From: an uncultured Solirubrobacteraceae bacterium
GTDB lineage: Bacteria > Actinomycetota > Thermoleophilia > Solirubrobacterales > Solirubrobacteraceae
NCBI GenBank assembly: GCA_963735435.1
Contig: CAVTKR010000005.1
Span: 674,319 to 738,318 of the forward strand
Length of the DNA stretch: 64,000 nucleotides
Direction: 5' to 3'
The notes under the pieces are model-generated. The model did no database searches, was not told the DNA's origin, and saw only the letters and a program-made list of their open reading frames with translations. A program made the position numbers and the translations under genes. Below, in pieces: positions 17,111 through 27,386 of this stretch; within the stretch, counting starts at the first letter, position 1, and each line of letters begins with the position of its first letter.

Positions 17111-18346
17111 ATGCCGATCACCAACGGGATGAGCCAACAGGTCGCCGAGCACTGCGACGTCGTCGTCGTCGGCGGCGGCATCCTCGGCCTCGCCGTCGCG
17201 CGAGAGCTGATCGCACGCCGCCCGCAGGCATCGGTCTGCGTGCTGGAGCGCGAGCCCGAGCTGGGGACCCACCAGACCGGGCACAACTCGGGCGTGATCC
17301 ACGCCGGCGTGTACTACGTGCCCGGATCGCTGAAGGCCCAGCTGTGCGTCGCCGGTGCGCGCGAGATGTACGAGTACTGCGAACGCAAGGGCATCGCCAG
17401 TGAGCGCTGCGGCAAGGTGATCGTCGCGACGGACCGCTCGGAGCTCGACCGCCTCGACGAGCTCGAGCGACGTGGCCGCGCGAACGGCGTCCCGGGCCTG
17501 CGGCGGATCGACGCCGACGGCATCGCCGAGCTCGAGCCGCACGCACGCGGGATCGACGGGCTGCACTCCCCCGGGACCGGCATCGCCGACTTCCCGTCGG
17601 TGGCACGCGCCTACGCGGGCGACGTGCAGGATGCGGGCGGCACGATCGCGACCGGCTGCGAGGTTCTCGGCGTCGCCCGGAACGGCCGCGCGCTGCGCCT
17701 CACCCACTCTCGCGGCGTCACCGAGGCCGGCAACGCGATCTTCTGCGCCGGCGCCTGGGCCGACCGGCTCGCGGTCGCGGCCGGCGCCGACCCCGACCCG
17801 CGCATCGTCCCGTTCCGCGGCGCATACCTGAGGCTACGGCCGGAGCGGCGCGAGCTGGTGCGCTCGCTGATCTACCCCGTGCCCGACCCGTCGCTGCCCT
17901 TCCTCGGCGTCCACCTGACCAAGCACATCGGCGGCGACGTCCTCGTCGGCCCGACAGCACTGATGGCAGGCGCGCGCGACGCCTACCGCCTCGGCCGCGT
18001 GCGCGGCCGCGACCTCGCCGACACGCTCGCCTGGCCGGGCACGTGGCGGATGCTGGCGCGCTGGTGGCGGACGGGGATCACCGAGCTGAGTCACGCCGCG
18101 CTGCGCTCGGCGTTCGTGCGTGCCGCTGCGCGCTACGTCCCCGAGTTGCAGGCCGGGGACGTCGAGCCCTCCTTCGCCGGCGTGCGCGCACAGGCGCTCG
18201 CCCGCGACGGCAAGCTCGTCGACGACTTCGTCTTCTCGCACACCGAGCGCGCGCTGCACGTCCGCAACGCACCGTCGCCGGCGGCGACCTCATCGCTTGC
18301 GATCGCCCGTTATGTGACGGACGAGGCCGAGCGCGCGTTCGCCTGA
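17111..18346 (+). CDS. lhgO: L-2-hydroxyglutarate oxidase/dehydrogenase (FAD-dependent)
   Basis: DVVVVGGGILGLAVAREL...HQTGHNSGVIHAGVYYVPGSLKAQLC closely parallels the E. coli LhgO N-terminal region as recalled from memory. Confidence 0.85.
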   Translation: MPITNGMSQQVAEHCDVVVVGGGILGLAVARELIARRPQASVCVLEREPELGTHQTGHNSGVIHAGVYYVPGSLKAQLCVAGAREMYEYCERKGIASERCGKVIVATDRSELDRLDELERRGRANGVPGLRRIDADGIAELEPHARGIDGLHSPGTGIADFPSVARAYAGDVQDAGGTIATGCEVLGVARNGRALRLTHSRGVTEAGNAIFCAGAWADRLAVAAGADPDPRIVPFRGAYLRLRPERRELVRSLIYPVPDPSLPFLGVHLTKHIGGDVLVGPTALMAGARDAYRLGRVRGRDLADTLAWPGTWRMLARWWRTGITELSHAALRSAFVRAAARYVPELQAGDVEPSFAGVRAQALARDGKLVDDFVFSHTERALHVRNAPSPAATSSLAIARYVTDEAERAFA

Positions 18347-18356
18347 CGTGTTCCGT

Positions 18357-19277
18357 CTAGGACGCCGCTGAGGCGGCGATCAGGCGGGCCACCGCGTCCG
18401 GCACCCCCTCGCGGGCAGTGGGGAACTGCGGCTCCCAGCCCAGCTCCTCCTTGATGCGGGCGTTCGACGATCGCGCCGAGCGCACGACGGCATCGACGGC
18501 GTTGCCGCCCGCGACGAGACGCGCGAGAAGCGCGGGGATCCGGCGCGGGCGACCCACGCCGAGCTCGGCGGCCGTCAGCGCCATGAAGTCGTAGTAGGAG
18601 ATCGGCTCGTCGTCGGCGACGTGGTAGACCCGCCCACTTGCCCCGTCGCCGTCGACCGCGAGCAGGATCGCGCTCGCGGCGTCCTCGACATGGACCACGT
18701 CCCAGAGATTCGCGCCGCTCCCGATCACCGCGAAGCGTCCGGGCTGGCGCAGCCGCGGCACGAGCTCCTCGCCGTACCAGCCCCCGGGCCCGTAGACGTG
18801 TGAGGGCCGGATCACGACCGCGGGCAGCCCGCTCTCGAGGACCATGCGCTCGCCCTCCTGCTTGGCGCGCCCGTAGGGCGTCTCGATCGGGAGGCGGCTC
18901 TCCTCGGTCAGAAGCTCGCCGTGGGCGTCGCCTGTCACCACCGTCGAGGAGAAGACGAACTTGGGAGCGGCCGCGTCCAGCGCCAGACACGCGTCGAGCA
19001 GCCTGCGGGTGCCCGCTACGTTCACCTCCGTGACCTTCGCGGCGTCGCGCTGCGAAGCGATCTCCGCCGCCAGATGCACCACGCAGTCGGGGCGCACCTG
19101 TGCCACTGCCCGCTCCAGCGCGCCGTCGGGACCGAGGTCGCCGGGCACCGCCGCGGTCCCGGGGGGCTCCGAGCCGGGACGGCGCACGAGCGCTGTGACC
19201 TCGTGCCCGTGCTCGATCGCGCGCCGGCACACGACGCCCCCGATGAAGCCGCTCGCGCCGGTGACGAGGATCCGCAT
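18357..19277 (-). CDS. NAD-dependent epimerase/dehydratase (extended SDR)
   Basis: MRILVTGASGFIGG Rossmann motif and YGRAK (YxxxK) catalytic motif. Confidence 0.85.
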   Translation of the reverse strand: MRILVTGASGFIGGVVCRRAIEHGHEVTALVRRPGSEPPGTAAVPGDLGPDGALERAVAQVRPDCVVHLAAEIASQRDAAKVTEVNVAGTRRLLDACLALDAAAPKFVFSSTVVTGDAHGELLTEESRLPIETPYGRAKQEGERMVLESGLPAVVIRPSHVYGPGGWYGEELVPRLRQPGRFAVIGSGANLWDVVHVEDAASAILLAVDGDGASGRVYHVADDEPISYYDFMALTAAELGVGRPRRIPALLARLVAGGNAVDAVVRSARSSNARIKEELGWEPQFPTAREGVPDAVARLIAASAAS

Positions 19278-19287
19278 CGGCGCCGGC

Positions 19288-20433
19288 CTAGATGGGGCTC
19301 GCGGCCGCGATCACAAGCCCCAGCTCCTCGCGGAAGCGCTCGCGCGAGAAGCTCTCGGCGTTCTCGCGGATCGTGCTCTCCTGCAGGCTCATCGCCTCGA
19401 AACGCTCGATCGCCGCCGCGAGCCCGCTCGCATCCTGCTCGGAGAACAGCGCCCCCGTGACGCCGTCCTGGACCGTCTCGAGGGCGCCGCCGACGCCATA
19501 GGCGATCACCGGCGCGCCCGCAGCCTGCGCCTCGACCGGCACGATCCCGAAATCCTCCTCGCCGGGGAACAGCAGTGCGCGGGCTCCTGCCAGCAGCGCG
19601 TCGCGCTCAGCGTCGGAGACCTTGCCGAGGAACTCGATGCCCTCGGCCTCCGCTGCCTGCGCCCGCACCGCCTCGAGGGCGCGGCCGTCGCCGGCCACCT
19701 TCAAGCGTGCCCCCTGCGCTCGGCAGGCGGCGACGGCGAGATCCACCCGCTTGTAGGGGACCACGCGCCCGAAGGCGAGGTAGAAGTCCTCGGGGCGGCG
19801 TTCGATGCCCAGATAGTGCTCGACGTGCACGGGGGGATGCACGATCTCGGCCTCGCGGCCGTAGTAGCGTCGGATGCGCTCGGCCACGTGTCCCGAGTTC
19901 GCGACGAAAACATCGACTCCGCCGGCTCCCGCGAGGTCCTGCCGGCGCAGGTGGGCGAGCAGGGGCGGGAGCAGCCAGCGGGCTCCGCGCGGGACGGCCT
20001 CGCCCGCGAGGAACCCCTCCTCCCAGGCGTAGCGCATCGGCGTGTGGCAGTAGCAGACGTGAAGCGCCCCCGGCGGCTTGCGTACGTTCTTCGCGCAGGC
20101 GTGGCTGCTCGAGAGCACAAGGTCGAAGCCGCTCAGATCGAACGAGCGGAAGGCGCGGTTCATGAGCGGCAGCAGCTTCGGGTAGTGCGTGCTGGCACCC
20201 GGGAGCCGGCTCAGGAACGACGCGTGAACGGGGCGCGAGGTGATCTGCTCGGGCCACGGCGCCGGGTCGTAGATCGAGGTGAAGAGCTCCGCGTCGGGGA
20301 ACATCTCGAGCAGCTCCATCACCACCTGCTCGGACCCGCCGGGGATCGTCAGCCAGTCGTGGACCACCGCGACGCGCGGGAAGCGCTCGCGCAGCCCCTC
20401 GCTGAGGCCGGCATGGAGCGCCGGCCGACCCAT
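19288..20433 (-). CDS. Glycosyltransferase family 4 (GT-B)
   Basis: VAVVHDWLTIPGGSEQV N-terminus and C-terminal FPGEEDFGIVPVEAQAAGAPVIA (EX7E-type) motif. ATG 20433 chosen; the ORF-track start is 20478. Confidence 0.85.
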   Translation of the reverse strand: MGRPALHAGLSEGLRERFPRVAVVHDWLTIPGGSEQVVMELLEMFPDAELFTSIYDPAPWPEQITSRPVHASFLSRLPGASTHYPKLLPLMNRAFRSFDLSGFDLVLSSSHACAKNVRKPPGALHVCYCHTPMRYAWEEGFLAGEAVPRGARWLLPPLLAHLRRQDLAGAGGVDVFVANSGHVAERIRRYYGREAEIVHPPVHVEHYLGIERRPEDFYLAFGRVVPYKRVDLAVAACRAQGARLKVAGDGRALEAVRAQAAEAEGIEFLGKVSDAERDALLAGARALLFPGEEDFGIVPVEAQAAGAPVIAYGVGGALETVQDGVTGALFSEQDASGLAAAIERFEAMSLQESTIRENAESFSRERFREELGLVIAAASPI

Positions 20434-20525
20434 CCCCTGCAGGGGGGCTGGCGCCGAGTGGCCACCTGGCTGCACCACCCCGAGACTACAAGGCGGCGCG
20501 CGGGGCGCCCGGGCGGTCCGCGATC

Positions 20526-21737
20526 ATGCGGCCGATGGAGCTGCCCGCCGCCCTCCAGGGGCGCGACATCGTCTGCGTCGGTTTCGCCGACTGGGACACC
20601 GAGCTGTGGACCAACCAGCACCACCTGATGTCGCGCCTGGCGAAGGGCAACCGCATCCTCTTCGTGGAGTCGCTGGGCCTGCGCCGCCCACAGCTCGCCG
20701 GGCGCGACCTGAGGCGCATCGCGCGCCGGCTGCGCACGGGCCTGCAGGGCCCGCTCAGGCGGGACGGGCTCGACGTGCTCTCCCCGCTGGTGCTCCCGCT
20801 GCACGGCAACGCGGCCGCGGATGCGCTGAACCGGCGACTGCTGCCGGCGCTCGTCTCGCGCGCCGCTCGCCGGATCGGAATGCGCGATCCGTGGCTGTGG
20901 TCCTACGTGCCGCAGGCGGAGGGGCTCCTGGGCACGCTCGACCCTTCGCTCGTCGTCTACCACTGCGTCGATGACATCTCCGCGCACGAGCGCATCGACA
21001 CGGCGAGCTTCCGCGCCGCTGAGGAGCGGTTCGCGCGTCGCGCCGACCTCGTGCTCGCGAGCGCGCCGGAGCTGGCGCGCCGGATGCGCACGCTCTCCGA
21101 CAACGTGCTCGACGCGCCGAACGTCGCCGACACCGAGCTGTTCGCGACTGCGCTCGCCGACGGCCCCGCCGACGCCGCGATCGCGGCGCTCCCGTCGCCG
21201 CGACTCGTCTTCACCGGCGCGATCTCGGCGGTCAAGCTCGACATCCCGCTCCTGGTCGAGCTCGCCCGCGCGCGGCGCGACTGGTCGCTCGCGCTGGTCG
21301 GACCGGTGGGGCTGGGGGACCCGACGACCGACATCTCGGCGCTGGCCGCCGAGCCCAACGTGCATTTGCTCGGACCGCGCAGCTATGCGGACCTCCCGTC
21401 GGTCCTGCGCGGGGCCGACGCGGGGCTCATCCCCTACGTCAGCAGCGCCCTGACCGACAGCATCTTCCCGATGAAGGTCTACGAGTACCTGGCCGCCGGG
21501 CTCCCCGTCGTCGCGACCCCCCTGCCCGCCCTGGCGGGCGTCGAGCAGGTCGCGACCGCTGCCGACGGCGCCGCCTTCCGGGCGGCGCTCGAACGCGCGC
21601 TCGCCGAGGAGTCGCCGGCGCTTCGCCGCGCGCGCTCCGCCGACGCCGCCTCCCATTCCTGGGACGAGCGCCTGCGCGAGATCGCCGGCGCGATCGAAGC
21701 GCTCCCCGTCGCCGCCGGCGCGCCGCAGCGACGATGA
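20526..21737 (+). CDS. Glycosyltransferase, TuaH-like GT-B family
   Basis: DIVCVGFADWDTELWTNQHHLMSRLAKGNRILFVE N-terminus and C-terminal IFPMKVYEYLAAGLPVVATP are typical of the teichuronic-acid TuaH-like group. Confidence 0.75.
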   Translation: MRPMELPAALQGRDIVCVGFADWDTELWTNQHHLMSRLAKGNRILFVESLGLRRPQLAGRDLRRIARRLRTGLQGPLRRDGLDVLSPLVLPLHGNAAADALNRRLLPALVSRAARRIGMRDPWLWSYVPQAEGLLGTLDPSLVVYHCVDDISAHERIDTASFRAAEERFARRADLVLASAPELARRMRTLSDNVLDAPNVADTELFATALADGPADAAIAALPSPRLVFTGAISAVKLDIPLLVELARARRDWSLALVGPVGLGDPTTDISALAAEPNVHLLGPRSYADLPSVLRGADAGLIPYVSSALTDSIFPMKVYEYLAAGLPVVATPLPALAGVEQVATAADGAAFRAALERALAEESPALRRARSADAASHSWDERLREIAGAIEALPVAAGAPQRR

Positions 21738-22852
21738 GCGACCTGCTGGTGAGCACCCATACGCCGATCCTGCGCTCGGGGCAGACGATGCGCACCTACG
21801 GGATCGCACGGGCGCTCGCCGCGGGCGGCGACGGCCTCACGCTGCTCTACGCGCGCTTCGAGGGGGATGCGCCGGACGAGGCGTTCAGCTCAATTCCGGG
21901 GATCGAGCTGCGCGAGGCGCTGCCCTCGCGTGGGGCGCGCCGGCTGGCGACATACGCCCGCGCGCTCACCGCGGGCACGCCGGCCGGCTTCGCACGCGGC
22001 GTCTCGCCGGAGCTCACCGCCGCCGCCGAGGCGCTCGCCGAGGCGCCGGAGCGCGGGCGCGTGATCGCCGACGGCCCGATCGCGGCGGCGGCGCTCCGCA
22101 GGCTCGCGCGGCGCCGACCCGTCATCTACAACGCGCACAACCTCGAGTCGGGGTTCCGCGGCGAGCTCTCCGGAGGCGAGCCCTCGGTGCGCGGGCTGCG
22201 CCGCTTCGAGCGCCGGTTGCTCCAGAGCGCCGCGGAGTCCTGGATGGTCAGCGAGGCCGACCTCGCCGCGGCGGCCGACCTGTGTCCCGGCGCCCGGCTG
22301 CGCTACGTCCCCAACGTCGTCGACGTGAGCGCGATCGTGCCGGTCGCGCCCGCCGATGAGCCCGTCGCCGTGTTCGTCGCGAACTTCGCCTACGAGCCCA
22401 ACAGCAACGGGCTCGCGTTCATGCTCGAGCGCGTGATGCCGCGGGTCTGGGAGCAGCTGCCGACCGCGCGCCTGCGGCTCGTGGGGGCGAACCTCGCCCT
22501 ACCGGCCGGTTGCGATGAGCGAATCGAGGCGGTCGGGTTCGTCGCGCGGCTCGCGGACGCCTACGCCGGCGCGCGCTGCGCCGTCGTGCCGCTGCTGCAG
22601 GGAGGCGGCACGCCGCTGAAGTTCGTCGAGGGGCTCGCCTACGGGCTGCCGGTGCTCGCGACGCCGCGGGCGGCGGCGGGGCTCGCCGTCACCGCCGGGC
22701 GCGACTGCGTGCTGGCCGACGGCGAAGAGGCCTTCGCGGAGGCGCTCGCGAACCTGCTGCGGGCAGGCGCGCCGGAGATCGGCGTGCGCGGGCGCGAGCT
22801 CGCGATGGAGCGTTATTCGATCGAGGCGCTGACGGCGCTGCTCGCGGAGTGA
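21734..22852 (+). CDS. Glycosyltransferase family 4 (GT-B)
   Basis: ATGA overlap with the preceding GT. C-terminal PLLQGGGTPLKFVEGLAYGLPVLAT motif. Confidence 0.8.
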   Translation: MSDLLVSTHTPILRSGQTMRTYGIARALAAGGDGLTLLYARFEGDAPDEAFSSIPGIELREALPSRGARRLATYARALTAGTPAGFARGVSPELTAAAEALAEAPERGRVIADGPIAAAALRRLARRRPVIYNAHNLESGFRGELSGGEPSVRGLRRFERRLLQSAAESWMVSEADLAAAADLCPGARLRYVPNVVDVSAIVPVAPADEPVAVFVANFAYEPNSNGLAFMLERVMPRVWEQLPTARLRLVGANLALPAGCDERIEAVGFVARLADAYAGARCAVVPLLQGGGTPLKFVEGLAYGLPVLATPRAAAGLAVTAGRDCVLADGEEAFAEALANLLRAGAPEIGVRGRELAMERYSIEALTALLAE

Positions 22853-24329
22853 CGCGGCCGCTCAGGCGGCGCGCGGCTGGCTCGCCGTCCTCGCCCTCCC
22901 CGTCGGGAGCCGCCCGCGGCAGCGACGCGATCAGGGCGAGCAGGCCGATCTGGATCGCGAACACGATCGTGAAGCGCAGTTCGGCGGCGGTGAAGGTCGC
23001 CGTCGTCTCGGCCACGATCAGGCCCGCCACCCCGCACAGCGAAGCGAGACCGAAGACCCTGAAGATGGGCTCCGTGCGCTCGCGCCAGACACGCCATGAC
23101 AGTCGCGCGGTCGCGATCAACAGCGCGAAGTAGGCGAGCAGGCCGAGGATCCCCATCTTCATCCACCACCACAGGGCCGCGAAGTGCACGTACTCGCGCG
23201 CTTCTTCGTGTTCGATCGGCAGCGGACGCTTGCTTGCGTTCCACGAGACGTTGACGCCGAGCCCGGTGATCGGTTTTTCCTTCAGCTCGCCGAACACGTT
23301 GGCGCGCTCGTCGAGGCGGTAGCGGTCTTCGATGTTGGTCGTGAGGCTCGTCGGCGAGAGCGACGCTGCGCGCTTGACGATCGGGTTCTGGGACTGGAAG
23401 TTGATCGAGCCGAGCAGCCAGATCCCCGCCGCGACGATCAGCGCGGTGGGGACGAGCAGCCGCCTCCCGACCGGCGAGAGCGCGAGCAGCACCACGAGGA
23501 GCACCCCGAGCACCGCCGCGATCCAGAACGAGCGCCGGTAGGAGAGCAGCAGCGAGGCGATCAGCAGCGGCGTGCCGAGCAGCATCCACAGAGGCGGGCG
23601 CAAGCGCGCGACGATCGCCGCGAAGATCCCCAGCAGCGCGATCATGATCACCCAGTTGGCGGTCGGTTCGTAGTAGGTGAGAGCCGAGGTGCCCTCGATC
23701 GCCGCCCCCTTGCCTGCGGCGAGCTCGACCAGCCCGAGGAACGCCTTGAAGACCGCGAGCCCGTAGAGGCCTCCGAGCAGCAACTTCAGCCGGCCGGGCT
23801 CGGCCTTGACGTTGGCGACCGCGATGGGCACGACCAAGAGGTATGCCAGCAGGTTCTCGGCGAGCACGAGTGACTTGAGCCCCTCGCCGCTGCCGCCTTT
23901 GCCCACCGCCAGCCCGCACAGCATGCCGAGCCCAAGGAGCAGGTGCGGGAAGCGCAGCTCGCGGGGATAGCGAAGCGGCCGGCGGTCGCGAATCATGTCG
24001 AGAGCGACCGAGGCGACCGCGAGCACCACGAGCGCATCCACCGGCGTGAGCCGCTTGTAGAACGGGTCGTACACGTGCGCCGCGAACGTGAACAGCCCGA
24101 ATGCCGGCCCCTCGAGAAGAATCGGGGCGACCAGGGCGATCGTGATCGCGAGCAGGGGGCGCATCATGACGAGCACGACGAGCGCCAGCGCGAGCGGCAC
24201 GATCAGTGCCAGCGTCGAGTCGAGCTTGCGGTGCGCGAGAACGATGATCAGCGCGGTCGCGATCGCGGCCACGACGGCCGTGAGCACTTCGCGCCCGTCG
24301 GTCGCTCGCAGGTTCAGACGCCAGGGCAC
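22689..24329 (-). CDS. O-antigen ligase/polymerase family membrane protein (Wzy-like)
   Basis: About 11 hydrophobic segments with a large loop containing REYVHFAALWWWMKMGILG (Wzy_C-like). GTG start at 24329. The Arg/Pro-rich last ~70 codons overlap the convergent GT gene and may not all be genuine. Confidence 0.75.
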   Translation of the reverse strand: MPWRLNLRATDGREVLTAVVAAIATALIIVLAHRKLDSTLALIVPLALALVVLVMMRPLLAITIALVAPILLEGPAFGLFTFAAHVYDPFYKRLTPVDALVVLAVASVALDMIRDRRPLRYPRELRFPHLLLGLGMLCGLAVGKGGSGEGLKSLVLAENLLAYLLVVPIAVANVKAEPGRLKLLLGGLYGLAVFKAFLGLVELAAGKGAAIEGTSALTYYEPTANWVIMIALLGIFAAIVARLRPPLWMLLGTPLLIASLLLSYRRSFWIAAVLGVLLVVLLALSPVGRRLLVPTALIVAAGIWLLGSINFQSQNPIVKRAASLSPTSLTTNIEDRYRLDERANVFGELKEKPITGLGVNVSWNASKRPLPIEHEEAREYVHFAALWWWMKMGILGLLAYFALLIATARLSWRVWRERTEPIFRVFGLASLCGVAGLIVAETTATFTAAELRFTIVFAIQIGLLALIASLPRAAPDGEGEDGEPAARRLSGRVTPRAAPSAPRSNNAPSRARARARRSPARLPAAGSRAPPRRPLRRRPARSRARR

Positions 24330-24341
24330 TATGCCCTCCGT

Positions 24342-25913
24342 CTAGACGGGTTCGCGGTTTTTGGCCGAGGAGCGATCGCGCTCGCGACGCCGCTCGAGAC
24401 CGTCGGCGTTGACCTCGACCGTCCCCGCGTTCTCGCCGTAGGCAGCGTAGGAGTAGCGGCCGCCGTCGCGCATCCCGGTGACCACGAGGCCGACCGGCTC
24501 CACCATGTGGCGGTCGAGGATGCCCCGCGCGCGGCGCACCTCGTCGCGCGTGGTTTTGTTGAGCCGGGCGACCAGCAGCGTCGCCTGTACCGAGGAGCTG
24601 TTGAGCAGGATCTGGGCGTCGGCGACCGGGTTCAGTGGCGGCGCGTCGACGATCACCATCGTCTCGCCGCCGTTGCCGAGTTCGGTGATGATCTCGCCGA
24701 TCACAGGGCTGGCCAGGAGCTCAGCCGGGTTGTGGGGCAGTGGCCCCGCGGGGAGCACACTGAGGTTGGGGAGCGAGGGCAGCGGCTCGACCAGGAGTTC
24801 GGCCGGCGCGTCGCCGCGCAGCAGCGCCGTTGTCAGGCCGCGCCTCGGGTCCAGCCCGAAGTGGCGCGTGAACGTCGGCATCCGGAGGTCGAGCTCGAGC
24901 AGGACGATGCGGCGTTTGGTCAGCGCGATCACCTGCGCCAGGTCGACCGATACGGTCGTCTTGCCCTCGCCGGGGACAGCGCTCGTCACCAGCAGCGTGT
25001 CCATCGCGCGCGTCACCGCGGCGAATTCGAGTGCGCTGCGCAGAATCCGGTAGGGCTCGAGTGCTTCGCCGCGTTCATCCGCGCGCGGCGCGCCCATCGA
25101 CGACTGCGGCACGACGCTGAGCGCCGAGAGGCGGTACTCGCGTTCGAAGTCGTCGACCGTCTTGATGCGCCTGTCGAGGGACTCGAGCAGGAACAGCAGG
25201 GTGAAGGCGAGCGCGAGGCCGATCACCAGGCCGATGATGATCGCCGTGGAAAGGTGCATGCCTGAGGGTGAATCCGGGGGTGTGGCGCGCCCGATGATGT
25301 CCGCCCCGGAGCCGACCACGGCGCGAGCCTGTGTCAGGCGCTGGATCTGCTGTTCGAGCGAAGCCGCGTTCGCCGTGCCAGGGGTGGTGGCCGCGAGCTG
25401 CTGCTGCAGCTGGTTTTTCGCGGCGTCGATCGCCGTCAGCTGCGAGTTCGCGCGGAAGGTGATGTATTGGTTCGCGAAGGCGTTGGCGATGCGCGCCGAT
25501 TCGCGCGGGTCGCCGGCCGAGGCGGTGATGTTCAGGACGTCCGCGTTGGGCGCCGCTTCGATCGAGACCGTTTCGAGCAGTTCGTCGGGGCTCTTGGAGC
25601 TCCCGAGCTCGGTGCGCACCGCCTGCGCCACTTCCGGCGAGTGCGCGATCTCGACCTGCGTGTCGGCTTCGCGCTGCGGTTCGGTGCCCGAGGAGGTGAA
25701 CCCGACGGCTTCACCGGCGATCGTGGAGTTCTGGAATGCGACCTGCGCGGTCGACTTGTAGGTCGGCGTGGCGCGCTTCTGCTGGATCGCCGAGAGGATC
25801 GTGCAGACGAGGACGATCGCCAGCGCGATCGGCCAGCGGCGCCGCAGCACCTCGATCCCGGCGGAGACGGAGTTGCTCTCCCCGAGCGGCTCGAAGCGGT
25901 TGTCGGCTCTCAT
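24342..25913 (-). CDS. Polysaccharide co-polymerase fused to bacterial tyrosine autokinase (Wzc-like BY-kinase)
   Basis: Wzz-like N-terminal part with two TM helices flanking a coiled region. Walker A VPGEGKTT, Walker A' VLLELDLR, Walker B MVIVDAPP. C-terminal Tyr cluster GGRYSYAAYGE. Confidence 0.9.
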   Translation of the reverse strand: MRADNRFEPLGESNSVSAGIEVLRRRWPIALAIVLVCTILSAIQQKRATPTYKSTAQVAFQNSTIAGEAVGFTSSGTEPQREADTQVEIAHSPEVAQAVRTELGSSKSPDELLETVSIEAAPNADVLNITASAGDPRESARIANAFANQYITFRANSQLTAIDAAKNQLQQQLAATTPGTANAASLEQQIQRLTQARAVVGSGADIIGRATPPDSPSGMHLSTAIIIGLVIGLALAFTLLFLLESLDRRIKTVDDFEREYRLSALSVVPQSSMGAPRADERGEALEPYRILRSALEFAAVTRAMDTLLVTSAVPGEGKTTVSVDLAQVIALTKRRIVLLELDLRMPTFTRHFGLDPRRGLTTALLRGDAPAELLVEPLPSLPNLSVLPAGPLPHNPAELLASPVIGEIITELGNGGETMVIVDAPPLNPVADAQILLNSSSVQATLLVARLNKTTRDEVRRARGILDRHMVEPVGLVVTGMRDGGRYSYAAYGENAGTVEVNADGLERRRERDRSSAKNREPV

Positions 25914-26127
25914 CGGCTGCTCTCGCTGACGGATCGCGCGGGACTCGACACGGAATGCGACGGTCCGCTGCAGGCCACAGTTATCACGACACCACTCCTA
26001 TCGTCGCTCGCCGCTCCCTTCTTGAGGCCCGGCGTGCGGGGGTGCTCGGTGACCACGGATGGTACCTACCCCGGACGTCTCTGAGCGCACCCGGGCCTGC
26101 GCCGACGGGGTCGCCGGCACCGTTGTT

Positions 26128-27345
26128 TCAGCTCAACGCGTCGCGCGCGTCGAGCACGAAGCGTTCCTGCTCGTCGAGGTAGGGCCCGATCCGAAAGGCC
26201 TCAGCCCGCACCCGCGCCCGCTCCACGCGCGCCGCCGTAGCCTCCGGTTCGCCGAAGACCCGCTCGAGCGCCGCCGCCGCGCCGGCGGAGTCGCCGGGCT
26301 CGAACAGCAGCGCATGCTCCACGTCGTGAAGCCCCTCGCCGATGCCGCCGATGTCCGAGGCGACCACCGGCACGCGCGCGAGCGCCCCCTCGATCGCGAC
26401 GAGCCCGAACGGCTCCTCCCAGGTCGAGGGCACGATCATCGCCCGCGCCCCCGCCAGCGCCGCCGCCGCCTGCTCGGGACCGAGCTGTCCGCGCCAGCTG
26501 ACCGCACCGTCCAGACCGCGCCTGGCCGCCAAGGCCCGCATCTCGGCCGCGTAGTCCGGCTGCTCCTCGGGCCCGATCACGACCAGCCGCGCCTCGGGCT
26601 GGCGCCCGGCGCGGAGCCTCGCGAGCGCCTCGATCGCGACACCCAGGCCCTTGCCGCGGTTCACGCGCCCGACGAACACGATCTCCGGCTCGGGGGCCTC
26701 GGCCCGATGAACGCCTTCGTACACCTCGCCGTGAGGCGGGACCGGGTGCTGCACGCGCTCGAGCACCGGCTCGAGGAACGCCGGCGTGGGCACGCTGCGC
26801 TCCAGGGCGTTGGAGTTCCACGAGATCGCCGTCCGCAGGGGCGCGACCGGATCCAGCCGCAGCTGCGGCAGCCGGTTCAGCGCGCGGCAGCCGGCCGCCC
26901 AGGCAGCGCGAGCCGGAGCGCGCCTGGCCGGCAGCAGCTCACGCATGAACTGGTCGCGCGCGAAGACGCCGCCGAACCAGTGCTCGCAGACACGGAAGGC
27001 AACAGGCACGCCGCTGTCGGCGAGCACGCGCAGCCCGGCCTGGGGGATGTTCGCGCAGTTCCAGGCGTAGACGAGCTCGGGCCGGAACGCGAGCAGGCGT
27101 CGCGCGACCTCGCTCGCGCGCAACGCAGCCAGCGGCGCCCGGCGCGCACCGGCCGCGTCGCCGCTCAGGAGCTCCAGCTCGCGCAGCACGCCGGGCTGGG
27201 GGGGCACGCTGCCGTGGCGCGGAATGCTCGTCAGCACGCGCACCTCGTGCCGGTCGCGCAGGTACGCGGCCACGGCGCCGCACTCCGCCTCGTAGCCACC
27301 GGTGGTGACGGGCGGGAAGAGATTCGAGACGATCAGGATCCGCAT
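26128..27345 (-). CDS. Glycosyltransferase family 4 (GT-B)
   Basis: MRILIVSNLFPPVTTGGYE N-terminus (ATG 27345) and VPSTWEEPFGLVAIEGALARVPVVAS motif. Confidence 0.85.
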   Translation of the reverse strand: MRILIVSNLFPPVTTGGYEAECGAVAAYLRDRHEVRVLTSIPRHGSVPPQPGVLRELELLSGDAAGARRAPLAALRASEVARRLLAFRPELVYAWNCANIPQAGLRVLADSGVPVAFRVCEHWFGGVFARDQFMRELLPARRAPARAAWAAGCRALNRLPQLRLDPVAPLRTAISWNSNALERSVPTPAFLEPVLERVQHPVPPHGEVYEGVHRAEAPEPEIVFVGRVNRGKGLGVAIEALARLRAGRQPEARLVVIGPEEQPDYAAEMRALAARRGLDGAVSWRGQLGPEQAAAALAGARAMIVPSTWEEPFGLVAIEGALARVPVVASDIGGIGEGLHDVEHALLFEPGDSAGAAAALERVFGEPEATAARVERARVRAEAFRIGPYLDEQERFVLDARDALS

Positions 27346-27386
27346 CGGCGAGGGCACACGCTATCCAGGGCCTGGGCGCGCCCTGC

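Noticed and set aside
20349-21809. 486-aa minus-strand ORF
   Set aside because: It is antisense to the TuaH-like glycosyltransferase gene and is an Arg-rich shadow frame.
23943-25265. 440-aa plus-strand ORF
   Set aside because: It is antisense to the Wzy-like and BY-kinase genes. The composition is Arg/Asp/His/Glu low complexity.
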